Shown piece after piece: positions 23,913-31,433 of a stretch of DNA of 55,816 bases. A program made the translations under genes and the position numbers. The DNA lies in IMG/VR virus record IMGVR_UViG_3300045988_105026, positions 1 to 55,816 of that record; one strand, 5' to 3'. The notes under the pieces were generated by a model, which had not been told where the DNA came from, ran no database searches, and saw only the letters and a program-made list of their open reading frames with translations. The stretch's first letter is position 1, and each line of letters opens with the position of its first letter. The stretch is from a virus.

Positions 23913-24731
23913 CTAAAAATGCTTTATGCTTGGGTCATTATTTTTTATCAAGTTACGATAATTTTCTCTACCCTCATCTGTTGTTGTCCCATTTAATATT
24001 AACTCCTGAGGTAACCGGTTTAATGGGTTTGACTTCATCTTCAACCAATCTGGGTCTATATTCATATATCCATTATCAAGAGATAACTGAATAGCGTCTA
24101 ATTGTGTTTGATGATTAACCCTTGCTAATCTTGTTAAAATAGCATGTACTTTATCATCCGTCACCATTTTATGGTTTTCTAAAAGATTTCTAAAAAATCT
24201 ACTTAAAAGTTCTATAACTTCATCACTTAAGTCATATTCTAGACATTTCTTTTCTATAGATTCGATTTTAATATCAATCTTAGATTTCTTTTTAGAATTT
24301 TTCTTATCTATATTATCTTCTATATTTTTATTTCTATTGTTTTTATCTATATTATTATGTAAAGAATTTTGACATCCCCCTGTCAAATTTTTTGACATCC
24401 CCTTGTCAAATTTTTTGACATCCCCTTGTAAAGAATTTTGACATCCTGTCAAATTTACAGCATATGAGCAAAACTTTACATTATTTCTAAATTCTTCATG
24501 TTTTATAATCAAATTGTCTGCAATCAGTTTATTAAGTACTGTCATAACTGTCTGTCTGGAACACCCACACCATTGAGCTAAATAATTAGCACTGCCTGTA
24601 AATTCACAATCATTAGTTTGAGAAAATCCATAAATAGTAGCATATATAATCAATGAGTTTCCTTTTAATCCTAATTCATTAATCATCCAACCTTGGATTG
24701 TTATATAATTTTCATTGTGTACCATTTGCAT
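23913..24731 (-). CDS. Replisome organizer / replication initiator with an N-terminal wHTH
   Basis: The N-terminal ...YATIYGFSQ...GSANYLAQWCGCSRQTVMTVLNKL segment is typical of phage replisome organizers. Contains iterons internally and lies upstream of the DnaC-like and DnaB genes. Confidence 0.65.
   Translation of the reverse strand: MQMVHNENYITIQGWMINELGLKGNSLIIYATIYGFSQTNDCEFTGSANYLAQWCGCSRQTVMTVLNKLIADNLIIKHEEFRNNVKFCSYAVNLTGCQNSLQGDVKKFDKGMSKNLTGGCQNSLHNNIDKNNRNKNIEDNIDKKNSKKKSKIDIKIESIEKKCLEYDLSDEVIELLSRFFRNLLENHKMVTDDKVHAILTRLARVNHQTQLDAIQLSLDNGYMNIDPDWLKMKSNPLNRLPQELILNGTTTDEGRENYRNLIKNNDPSIKHF
24367..24453. repeat. Four iterons with a 23-bp phase (TTTTGACATCCCC(C/T)TGTCAAA), putative origin of replication inside the organizer gene
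   Basis: Repeat starts at 24367, 24390, 24413 and 24436. Each contains the inverted TTTGACA/TGTCAAA half-sites. An AT-rich tract with TTATCTATATTAT x2 adjoins (24303-24356). Confidence 0.75.
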
Positions 24732-24747
24732 TGAAGTTCTCCTTTCT

Positions 24748-24798
24748 AAAATAAAAATAAGTTATACAAATTGAATGGCGGTTCAATGTGTATAACTT
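24748..24798 (-). terminator. Strong intrinsic terminator 9 nt upstream of the organizer RBS (attenuator candidate)
   Basis: 17-position stem with 16 pairs (AAGTTATACACATTGAA / TTCAATTTGTATAACTT), loop CCGCCA, then ATTTTTATTTT. Confidence 0.7.
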
Positions 24799-24883
24799 AT
24801 CTAATTACTGATATTAAGTTGTTACAGATATTAAGTCCGCCAACCTAATATCAGCTGTTGCGTGTCTCTCACGCTGTACATTT

Positions 24884-24912
24884 ATTATAACATACAAATA
24901 TATAAATTACAA
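24884..24912 (-). promoter_or_regulatory. Promoter of the organizer leader (TTGTAA-17-TATAAT with TGT extended -10)
   Basis: Minus strand TTGTAATTTATATATTTGTATGTTATAAT, immediately after the stop at 24916. Confidence 0.55.
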
Positions 24913-24915
24913 TAC

Positions 24916-25467
24916 TTAATTGATTGAATTTAATTCCTCAATCTGCTTATCTACCTCACAATTAAGTTTAGCCCATAACTGTTCTCTTACATCATCAATG
25001 TTCTGTTCTGTCTGTGATACATCCCACTCTTCCTCGGCTATAAACTTGAAATAATTATCTCCTTTCTTAACTGTAGCACCGGATGTATATCTCATAGATA
25101 CCACTTTGATGTCATTAGTTGTCTCAACAGCTTTCTTCTCTTCTTTAACTTTAACAGCTTTATCCTCTTTTTTGTTGATTGTTTCTTTGTTTTTTGAGGT
25201 AGATTTTACATTTTTGCTATTAGCTGTATTGTTGTTACTCTTTTTGGTTTTACTTGTTTCTTCGACTGATTTTTCTACGTTGTTTGTTGTCTCCTCAACA
25301 GGAGGATTCATAATCTCTTCATTAGTATCTGTCTCCTCTTTCCCTGCTTCATAGCCTGCACACTCTGTACAAGGTATTTTCTTATCATCAACTTCCATTG
25401 TTATTCCGTCACAATTCTTGCAATACTCGTCTGTTGGGTCTCCTGCATATTTACAAATTTTACTCAT
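24916..25467 (-). CDS. Hypothetical protein with an N-terminal zinc ribbon and a low-complexity linker
   Basis: CKNC...CTEC motifs. GGAGG RBS. Confidence 0.5.
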   Translation of the reverse strand: MSKICKYAGDPTDEYCKNCDGITMEVDDKKIPCTECAGYEAGKEETDTNEEIMNPPVEETTNNVEKSVEETSKTKKSNNNTANSKNVKSTSKNKETINKKEDKAVKVKEEKKAVETTNDIKVVSMRYTSGATVKKGDNYFKFIAEEEWDVSQTEQNIDDVREQLWAKLNCEVDKQIEELNSIN

Positions 25468-25469
25468 TC

Positions 25470-25745
25470 TTAATTACCTCCATGAAATCTCTTTTTGGCT
25501 TTTTCTGCCATTTCTTCTCTTTGTTCGTCTGTAAGTTCTTTTTCAATTATAGAAAGCTTTAATGCTTTAAGTGGTAGTTTAGCTAAAATACTACCATCAT
25601 TGTTATATGTTATAATTTTAGCTTTGTCAGGATGTTTCTTACATAATGACTCAATTTTAGTTATGAATTTCTTTTGACTAATTGAGAGTGTAATAGTATC
25701 CTCACCTGTTATCCACTCTATGCAGTTTTCTCTATAACCATCCAT
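25470..25745 (-). CDS. Hypothetical protein
   Basis: ORF on the coding strand. Start placed at the ATG with the best AAGGAG spacing. Confidence 0.5.
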   Translation of the reverse strand: MDGYRENCIEWITGEDTITLSISQKKFITKIESLCKKHPDKAKIITYNNDGSILAKLPLKALKLSIIEKELTDEQREEMAEKAKKRFHGGN

Positions 25746-25753
25746 ATATATCA

Positions 25754-26152
25754 TCACTCCTTTCTTCTTGTGACTCTCAATGTATAAGATGTTTTTGTTA
25801 TTTTAGCTTTCGCTAGTTTGTTAATATCAAAATCACCATTATATACAAGTTTCTCCAAGGCATCTTCGTCAATATACTCTTTCTGCTTAATAACAGACGA
25901 TAACAATGCACCACTGAGATTTTCTTTTATGATTTCAATTGCTAAATCCTCATTTAATGACTCTTTATTGGTTTTTGTCAATGTAGCAGTATATTTCTCT
26001 GAATCTGCAGAACTCATATCATGCTCATACATATAGCCCTTAATATTCTCACTAAGAGCATTATTTACTTTCTTTAGTGCATTTTCTTTATCTTTTGACT
26101 CTTTATATTCATCAATGATTTTTGACAAGTCAAATCCATCTCTTCTACTCAT
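25754..26152 (-). CDS. Hypothetical protein
   Basis: AAGGAG RBS. 132 aa. Confidence 0.5.
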   Translation of the reverse strand: MSRRDGFDLSKIIDEYKESKDKENALKKVNNALSENIKGYMYEHDMSSADSEKYTATLTKTNKESLNEDLAIEIIKENLSGALLSSVIKQKEYIDEDALEKLVYNGDFDINKLAKAKITKTSYTLRVTRRKE

Positions 26153-26480
26153 TTAATGTCTCCTTCTTTTTCTTGTTCTTATATTGCTTACCTAATTGTA
26201 AAATCTGAGTACCACGTTTTCCCCACTGATACATAGCGTTAAATTCTGCCATGCATCCACGATATTCAGTTTTTAATAACTGAGAAAATCGTTTTAACTC
26301 TTGTACTTGAGCTAATGTGAATAGCATTGTACCTCGGTTATCAATTTCGGGTTTAGGCAAAACCAGACCTACAGGTTTTTCATAGTATTTTGAGTTATAC
26401 CATTTATACCATCTAATAATGGTCTTTGTAGATACATTAAGTATCTGTGCGGCTCTTGCCGTTGAAAATTTCTCTGACAT
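26145..26480 (-). CDS. HTH DNA-binding protein (MerR/excisionase-like)
   Basis: STARAAQILNVSTKTIIRWYK helix-turn-helix. Start at MSEKF after AAGGAGG. Confidence 0.5.
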   Translation of the reverse strand: MSEKFSTARAAQILNVSTKTIIRWYKWYNSKYYEKPVGLVLPKPEIDNRGTMLFTLAQVQELKRFSQLLKTEYRGCMAEFNAMYQWGKRGTQILQLGKQYKNKKKKETLNE

Positions 26481-26484
26481 ATTA

Positions 26485-26709
26485 TCACCTCCTTCTCCAT
26501 GTTGATATTGTAAGTATGGGCACACCAGGTTCAAGTGATTCATTCACATCAACTAGCTGTGTTCCATTAATACTATCATCATTATAATTACACCTCACTA
26601 ATTGTAGAGCGGCATATGATGTATCAAATATTGCTTTACAGACACTTTCACTTACTTTCACATATGCTAATATTTTATGTGAATTTTTAAATACTTTGTA
26701 AATTTTCAT
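26485..26709 (-). CDS. Hypothetical protein
   Basis: GGAGGA RBS. First gene after promoter 26751-26779. Confidence 0.45.
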   Translation of the reverse strand: MKIYKVFKNSHKILAYVKVSESVCKAIFDTSYAALQLVRCNYNDDSINGTQLVDVNESLEPGVPILTISTWRRR

Positions 26710-26750
26710 TTTTAATCCTCCAAAAATGATATATATGTTGCTTTGTTAAT

Positions 26751-26779
26751 ATTGTAATACATAAAACTATTATTGTCAA
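26751..26779 (-). promoter_or_regulatory. Class I promoter cassette, copy 5 (palindromic variant)
   Basis: Minus strand TTGACAATAATAGTTTTATGTATTACAAT. Embedded in a perfect 16-bp inverted repeat (26756-26771 / 26778-26793). Confidence 0.75.
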
Positions 26780-26799
26780 TAGTTTTATGTATTTTTTAT

Positions 26800-28515
26800 T
26801 TATGATAATAAGAAATTTATATCATCAACGCTTGCTTTTCCATCTACTAATGCATCTGCAATTTGTCCTTTCTTTTCAACAAGTTCCTCAATTCGCTCAT
26901 CTATGGTATTTTTGCATACAAGAGTAATAATATTAACTGTTCCTTTTGTACCAATTCTATGTGCTCTATCTTCTGCTTGAGCTTTTAATGCCATGTTCCA
27001 AGGCGAATCTAAAAAGATAACATTTTGTGCCGCTGTTAATGTAAGTCCTGTTCCCATTGCTCCAATAGTTCCTATAATTACTCTGCATTTATCATCAGTT
27101 TGGAATCTGTCAACTTCTTTCATACGTTCATCCGCTTTAGTTGCTCCTGTGATATAAGCTGGATTATATGTTTTTAACTTTTCTTTTGAAACTTCTGTCA
27201 TTGATTCCCAATTACTAAATATAATAGCTTTCTGTCCGCTTGCTACAATCTCTTGTACTAATTCAATCATTCTTTCCATTTTAGCAGATTCTTGAACTTT
27301 ATCAGATATAATACCGGTCCATCCAGTTGCTTGTCTTAATCTAATCATCATTGAAAGCGGATTATTTGAGAATTTAATCTTTTGTAAATCTGACATAACA
27401 CCATTATATACTTCTTTATAAATTTGATTCTGTTTAGGTGTCATATCAACATATTCAATCTTTCTAATCTTTTCTGGTAAATCAAGAACCTCTGTTTTTA
27501 ATCTTCTAAGCATAATGTTATCCATCATGGCTCTTATTTCTTCAAGATTTTTATAACCTACAACTTGTGAACCACCCCAGCCACCTAATGTACAATAATG
27601 TTGTTTGAACTGATAAAAACTATGATTCTCATATCCTAGCCACTTCATAGGGAAGTATAAGTCAAGCGGATTATTCATTAATGGGGTACCACTCATAGCA
27701 ACCATATATTTAGCTTGTACGTTTATCATTGCACGACTTTGTAAAGAAGTAGGTTCTTTTGACTTGTGGCACTCATCAAAAGCAATTACTGAGATTGTTC
27801 CATTTTTACATAATTCTTGTAATTTTTCAGCAATCGGAAAATGATATTTGCTTTTGGTTATCTTTTCCGCACCGGCTCTAAGCGTTTCGATGTTCGTAAT
27901 AATGTATCTGCAATCTGGAAGATTGTCTAAATCTTCAAGCTTGTCTTTTGTACTTCCTTCATAAGCTTTTCCAGTAGTCTTTCTAAAACGTGTACCAAGT
28001 ACCCATCCTTTTTCGTCTGAATGTATACCAATTTCTGACTGCCAATTATATTTTAATGAATTGACACCACAAACGATAAGTACCTTATTGATTGTATCTG
28101 TTTTCTCAAGGCAACCAACCCAGTTTATTATTTGGAAAGTTTTTCCCAATCCTTGGTCATCACACAAGAGAAATTTTTTCTTATTCAAACCAAATCTTAC
28201 ACCATCAATCTGATGTCTAAATGGTTTTGTTTTAAACTTATAATCCTTTGGAATATCAATCTCAAATTCCTGTTTGTGTAAATCTTCATAAGTACCTTCA
28301 ACTTTGATTTCTTCATTTTCAAATTTATTACACAAACCTATTATATTATTAATTGGCATTTCCCAAGTATGATTATCCGGATTATATACTCTTGTTCCCA
28401 TTTGCTTGATAAAAGAAACAATATCTGGGTTATAATCAAAACTTACAAACGCTGATTTTTTAACGAGTATATTGTTAGAGAGCTTTTCTGGTTCTCCTAT
28501 TTTTATATTAATCAT
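26800..28515 (-). CDS. SNF2-family helicase/ATPase
   Basis: DDQGLGKT (motif I), FDECH (II), SGTPLMNN (III), and the C-terminal GLTLTAAQNVIFLDSPWN...AEDRAHRIGT. Confidence 0.9.
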   Translation of the reverse strand: MINIKIGEPEKLSNNILVKKSAFVSFDYNPDIVSFIKQMGTRVYNPDNHTWEMPINNIIGLCNKFENEEIKVEGTYEDLHKQEFEIDIPKDYKFKTKPFRHQIDGVRFGLNKKKFLLCDDQGLGKTFQIINWVGCLEKTDTINKVLIVCGVNSLKYNWQSEIGIHSDEKGWVLGTRFRKTTGKAYEGSTKDKLEDLDNLPDCRYIITNIETLRAGAEKITKSKYHFPIAEKLQELCKNGTISVIAFDECHKSKEPTSLQSRAMINVQAKYMVAMSGTPLMNNPLDLYFPMKWLGYENHSFYQFKQHYCTLGGWGGSQVVGYKNLEEIRAMMDNIMLRRLKTEVLDLPEKIRKIEYVDMTPKQNQIYKEVYNGVMSDLQKIKFSNNPLSMMIRLRQATGWTGIISDKVQESAKMERMIELVQEIVASGQKAIIFSNWESMTEVSKEKLKTYNPAYITGATKADERMKEVDRFQTDDKCRVIIGTIGAMGTGLTLTAAQNVIFLDSPWNMALKAQAEDRAHRIGTKGTVNIITLVCKNTIDERIEELVEKKGQIADALVDGKASVDDINFLLS

Positions 28516-28547
28516 TTTTCTTATCTCCAATCCAAAGAAACATGCAC

Positions 28548-28745
28548 TTACTCATGAATAGTTGCTCCGTATTTATTTCCACAAATACATCTAAATTCAA
28601 GAGTTATCTTTTCAAGTTTTCCAACCTCCTTATAATGATGTGTTGGAACAATTCGTGCTTCTCTCCCACATTTATTACAAATAATTTTAAATCCATCACT
28701 ATTTCCATATTCTTCTGTTCCAAAAGCTCTCATATTATTCACCAT
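28548..28745 (-). CDS. Small zinc-ribbon protein
   Basis: CNKCGRE...CICGNKY pairs. Confidence 0.45.
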   Translation of the reverse strand: MVNNMRAFGTEEYGNSDGFKIICNKCGREARIVPTHHYKEVGKLEKITLEFRCICGNKYGATIHE

Positions 28746-28827
28746 TTACCTTTCTAAAAGAAATATCCATTTATTTTGTTTCCTCCTTTTCATTAAAGTG
28801 TGTATTTATTTCCTTTAATGTACTTAT

Positions 28828-28856
28828 ATTGTAATACATAAAACTATTATTGTCAA
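28828..28856 (-). promoter_or_regulatory. Class I promoter cassette, copy 6 (palindromic variant)
   Basis: Same sequence as copy 5. Inverted-repeat arms at 28833-28848 / 28855-28870 (14 of 16 positions). Confidence 0.75.
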
Positions 28857-28873
28857 TAGTTTTATGTACATTA

Positions 28874-28910
28874 AAATAAAAAAATAGAGAGGATTTTTTG
28901 TCCTCTCTAT
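28874..28910 (-). terminator. Intrinsic terminator closing the accessory cassette
   Basis: Minus strand ATAGAGAGGA-loop-TCCTCTCTAT (10-bp stem) followed by TTTTTTTATTTT. Confidence 0.8.
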
Positions 28911-28912
28911 TC

Positions 28913-29248
28913 TTATACATTCGCTGTCTGTACTATATCTTCTAAATTAGATAGATACTTAGTGAATATTTCTTTCTCTTCCGGTGTGCAAGTGTGATAT
29001 AATTCACTTAACATCTTCCTAATAGTAGACATTAATGCTTCAAGATTGCTTATACTTCTATTTTTCATGTAATTAATAAATAAGTCTTGAATATCTGTAA
29101 TGGCTTCATCAACATTACTATCCGGAACTAAGTCAATATTCATCTTATCTACAAGTGCAAGAATTATAAAAGCATCAACATCAAAATGTTTAGCAAGCTC
29201 ATTTTCTGCAAGCTCTTTTGCTATTGGAATACTCTCATTAAATGTCAT
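28913..29248 (-). CDS. Hypothetical acidic protein (accessory cassette)
   Basis: GGTGAG RBS. 111 aa. No motif recognised. Confidence 0.5.
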   Translation of the reverse strand: MTFNESIPIAKELAENELAKHFDVDAFIILALVDKMNIDLVPDSNVDEAITDIQDLFINYMKNRSISNLEALMSTIRKMLSELYHTCTPEEKEIFTKYLSNLEDIVQTANV

Positions 29249-29256
29249 ATACTCAC

Positions 29257-29550
29257 CTACATTGATAGCATCACTTTAATTTTAGCCACTCTGTCTGCAT
29301 ATTTTCGCATACAGTGTTCCCATCTTTCTTCTGTCTCTTCCGGCATATAAGTATTCTTCATTTCTGCATATATAGATTCTCCCATTTCTTTGAAATTCTG
29401 AGCATGCAGTAATTCTTGATTACTCATATCATGGTAAAGTTTAGCCCATTGTGGATTATTAACTTTCAATTCAATATACTTTTCAGCATATTCCTCTGCC
29501 CCATCAACTTCATCTTTAATATGGTCGATATATTTATTAATTTTTCTCAT
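29257..29550 (-). CDS. Hypothetical helical protein (possible four-helix-bundle / ferritin-like)
   Basis: AAGGAG RBS. DEVDGAEEYAE...ELLHAQNF pattern. The assignment is weak. Confidence 0.4.
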   Translation of the reverse strand: MRKINKYIDHIKDEVDGAEEYAEKYIELKVNNPQWAKLYHDMSNQELLHAQNFKEMGESIYAEMKNTYMPEETEERWEHCMRKYADRVAKIKVMLSM

Positions 29551-29556
29551 AACTTA

Positions 29557-29976
29557 TCACTCCTTCTCTACCACAAGTGCAAGGTTCTGAGCGGTTACTA
29601 CCTGTCCACCAATAACGATGGTGAGATTTGCTGTGTCACAGTCGCAATTTAACCTTACAAGTGCAGATATAGGGAGTGTTACAATGTCACCTGCCGCTGT
29701 TGCTGTTGCAAGAGCTGTAGCTCCTTGTACTGGTGCTCCATCTTTGTATAATGTAGCTGTCACATTTCCTGTGGCACTTGCGGCTACTGATACACTTGCA
29801 TCTATATCATAATAACCGGCTCCACCAGCACAATTTCCAATAGAAACACCATTTCCACCTAACTGGCAATACTTTCCATATCGTCTAATTACTGTAGATG
29901 GTACATAAGTACCACCAATACCAATAGATGTTCCTGTTGTAGTGTTGACTACATAAATTCCTGATTTACAACTCAT
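29557..29976 (-). CDS. Gly/Ala/Thr-rich beta protein resembling TNF/C1q-like exosporium domains (BclA C-terminal / BxpB type)
   Basis: Alternating beta-strand pattern ending ...DIVTLPISALVRLN...ANLTIVIGG...NLALVVEKE. No collagen GXX repeats. Visibly higher G+C than the surroundings. Confidence 0.4.
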   Translation of the reverse strand: MSCKSGIYVVNTTTGTSIGIGGTYVPSTVIRRYGKYCQLGGNGVSIGNCAGGAGYYDIDASVSVAASATGNVTATLYKDGAPVQGATALATATAAGDIVTLPISALVRLNCDCDTANLTIVIGGQVVTAQNLALVVEKE

Positions 29977-29993
29977 ATTATTATCTCCTTTCT

Positions 29994-30028
29994 AATAAAA
30001 AAGAGGAATACCGGCAAGGCATTCCTCT
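29994..30028 (-). terminator. Internal intrinsic terminator within the accessory cassette
   Basis: Minus strand AGAGGAAT-loop-ATTCCTCT followed by TTTTTTATT. Lies directly before the RBS of 29976. Confidence 0.6.
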
Positions 30029-30053
30029 AACATTTTAAACCTTGTCTAAATGA

Positions 30054-30668
30054 CTAGATGTTGCAACTTGTATTGCAACAAGACTGATTCCAGTAAGGGT
30101 TCATACCTGCTGTGTATGTTGTCGCATTTGGATAGCGAACTACGCCACACATAGCGGACTGAAGCTGAAGCTGGTTGACCTGAGCCTGTAAGCTATCAAT
30201 CTTATTCTGCTGAATAGCATCAAGAACCTTTTGTGTCTGAGCTGTTGTATTAGCGTTAATAGCGGCTGTATTAATAGCTCCGTTATAATTAACACCATCA
30301 ATAGCTCTCTGAGTTGTGCAACAGCAATCAGCAACCTGTTGCTGAACTGTATTGAAGTTTCTCAGTGTCTCATAACCTAAATTACAGATTCCATTCTGTA
30401 ATCCCTGGTAGTCATGCTGAAGGTTATCATTCAATCTGCCAACTGAATTTTCAAGATTATTGAAATTCATGGCATTACAAAGTCCTGCTTCTGTAACTGG
30501 TTCTCCATTTACATTTCTGGCTCCTCCAAAGAAACCACCTCCACCAATAAGTAAGAGGATTAAAAGTGCGAAAATCCACATTCCGCCACCGCCTGCACCA
30601 CCAAACATACCATCTTTGTTGTTGTCAGTAACAGCGGCAATGTCTGCTAAAGATACTCCATCTGTCAT
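30054..30668 (-). CDS. Membrane-anchored Cys-rich protein with a coiled-coil region
   Basis: Gly-flanked TM helix GGGGMWIFALLILLLIGGGGFFGG, Q/N-rich heptads, CCC and a terminal SCCNTSCNI. AAGGAG RBS. Confidence 0.55.
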   Translation of the reverse strand: MTDGVSLADIAAVTDNNKDGMFGGAGGGGMWIFALLILLLIGGGGFFGGARNVNGEPVTEAGLCNAMNFNNLENSVGRLNDNLQHDYQGLQNGICNLGYETLRNFNTVQQQVADCCCTTQRAIDGVNYNGAINTAAINANTTAQTQKVLDAIQQNKIDSLQAQVNQLQLQSAMCGVVRYPNATTYTAGMNPYWNQSCCNTSCNI

Positions 30669-30719
30669 AGTAGTATTCTCCTTCCATTTTTTAATATTTA
30701 TATTGATTTTGCAAAATCC

Positions 30720-30932
30720 TTATTTTAGTTGAGACATAAATTCATCTACATTTATACCTCTTTGCTGACAAATATTTCTAACTGCTTGCTCAGGATTTAA
30801 TCCTTTTCCACTAAGCATGTTCATTATTCCTTTGACTTGATTTAGATTATTCATCATAGCTTTTGCCTGATTAATTATCTGCGGATTTATCTGTGAGGTT
30901 TGATTTTGACCTTGAAATAGACTGCTTGCCAT
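30720..30932 (-). CDS. Hypothetical Q/N-rich small protein
   Basis: AAGGAG RBS. Overlaps the upstream ORF by 62 nt out of frame, so one of the two boundaries may be wrong. Confidence 0.4.
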   Translation of the reverse strand: MASSLFQGQNQTSQINPQIINQAKAMMNNLNQVKGIMNMLSGKGLNPEQAVRNICQQRGINVDEFMSQLK

Positions 30933-31263
30933 TATTCATCAACTCCTTTTTAAAATCTTCAAATTCCTGTCTACTTATATAATCACTATTTTGTGATACT
31001 TTTGTATTTTCTTTTGTTTCTGTAAATGAGAATGTCCGTATAGATGGAAAGCCAGCACCATCTGTTGACTTCACATACATTATATCCTCATTTGTATCGA
31101 ATAGTGCTACTGTGCTATTAGCTGACATCTGATAAGCTTTAGCTCCATCAATGCCATTAACCCTAATAAGATTTTGTGTGGTCATTTGAGGTTGAGTTAA
31201 TGTGGAAAATTGATTGGGATAGAAATTATTCATTCCCATATTATAATTATTATATGGATTCAT
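30871..31263 (-). CDS. Hypothetical protein with an N-terminal N/Y/M/Q-rich low-complexity segment
   Basis: GGAGGA RBS. Core LIRVNGIDGAKAYQM...ALFD...IMYVKSTDGAG. Confidence 0.5.
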   Translation of the reverse strand: MNPYNNYNMGMNNFYPNQFSTLTQPQMTTQNLIRVNGIDGAKAYQMSANSTVALFDTNEDIMYVKSTDGAGFPSIRTFSFTETKENTKVSQNSDYISRQEFEDFKKELMNNGKQSISRSKSNLTDKSADN

Positions 31264-31402
31264 GTGTATCCTCCAAATCTATTAAATTATTTTGCTCTAA
31301 TATCTTAATGGTCTCTAAAGCAATTTTAACAACATAAGCTGAAGGAATTGTATTTAATTTTTCATTAGAAACCAATTCATTGAAAATATCTTCTACTGTC
31401 AT
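31250..31402 (-). CDS. Small hypothetical protein (50 aa), first gene of the accessory cassette
   Basis: AAGAAGGAGGAAATATTTATG initiation region, directly after terminator 31434-31472. Confidence 0.45.
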   Translation of the reverse strand: MTVEDIFNELVSNEKLNTIPSAYVVKIALETIKILEQNNLIDLEDTHESI

Positions 31403-31433
31403 AAATATTTCCTCCTTCTTAACTTTAATATAA

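Noticed and set aside
24367-24453. CRISPR-like array
   Set aside because: The 23-bp-phased repeats have essentially no unique spacers, lie inside a coding sequence, and match the iteron/origin pattern instead. No other repeat-spacer array was seen.
23378-26543. Lysogeny module (integrase, CI/Cro switch, excisionase)
   Set aside because: Several small HTH proteins are present, but there is no tyrosine or serine recombinase motif, no divergent promoter pair (everything is on one strand), and no att-like repeat. The MerR/excisionase-like HTH at 26145-26480 alone is insufficient. The phage looks virulent or at least non-integrative.
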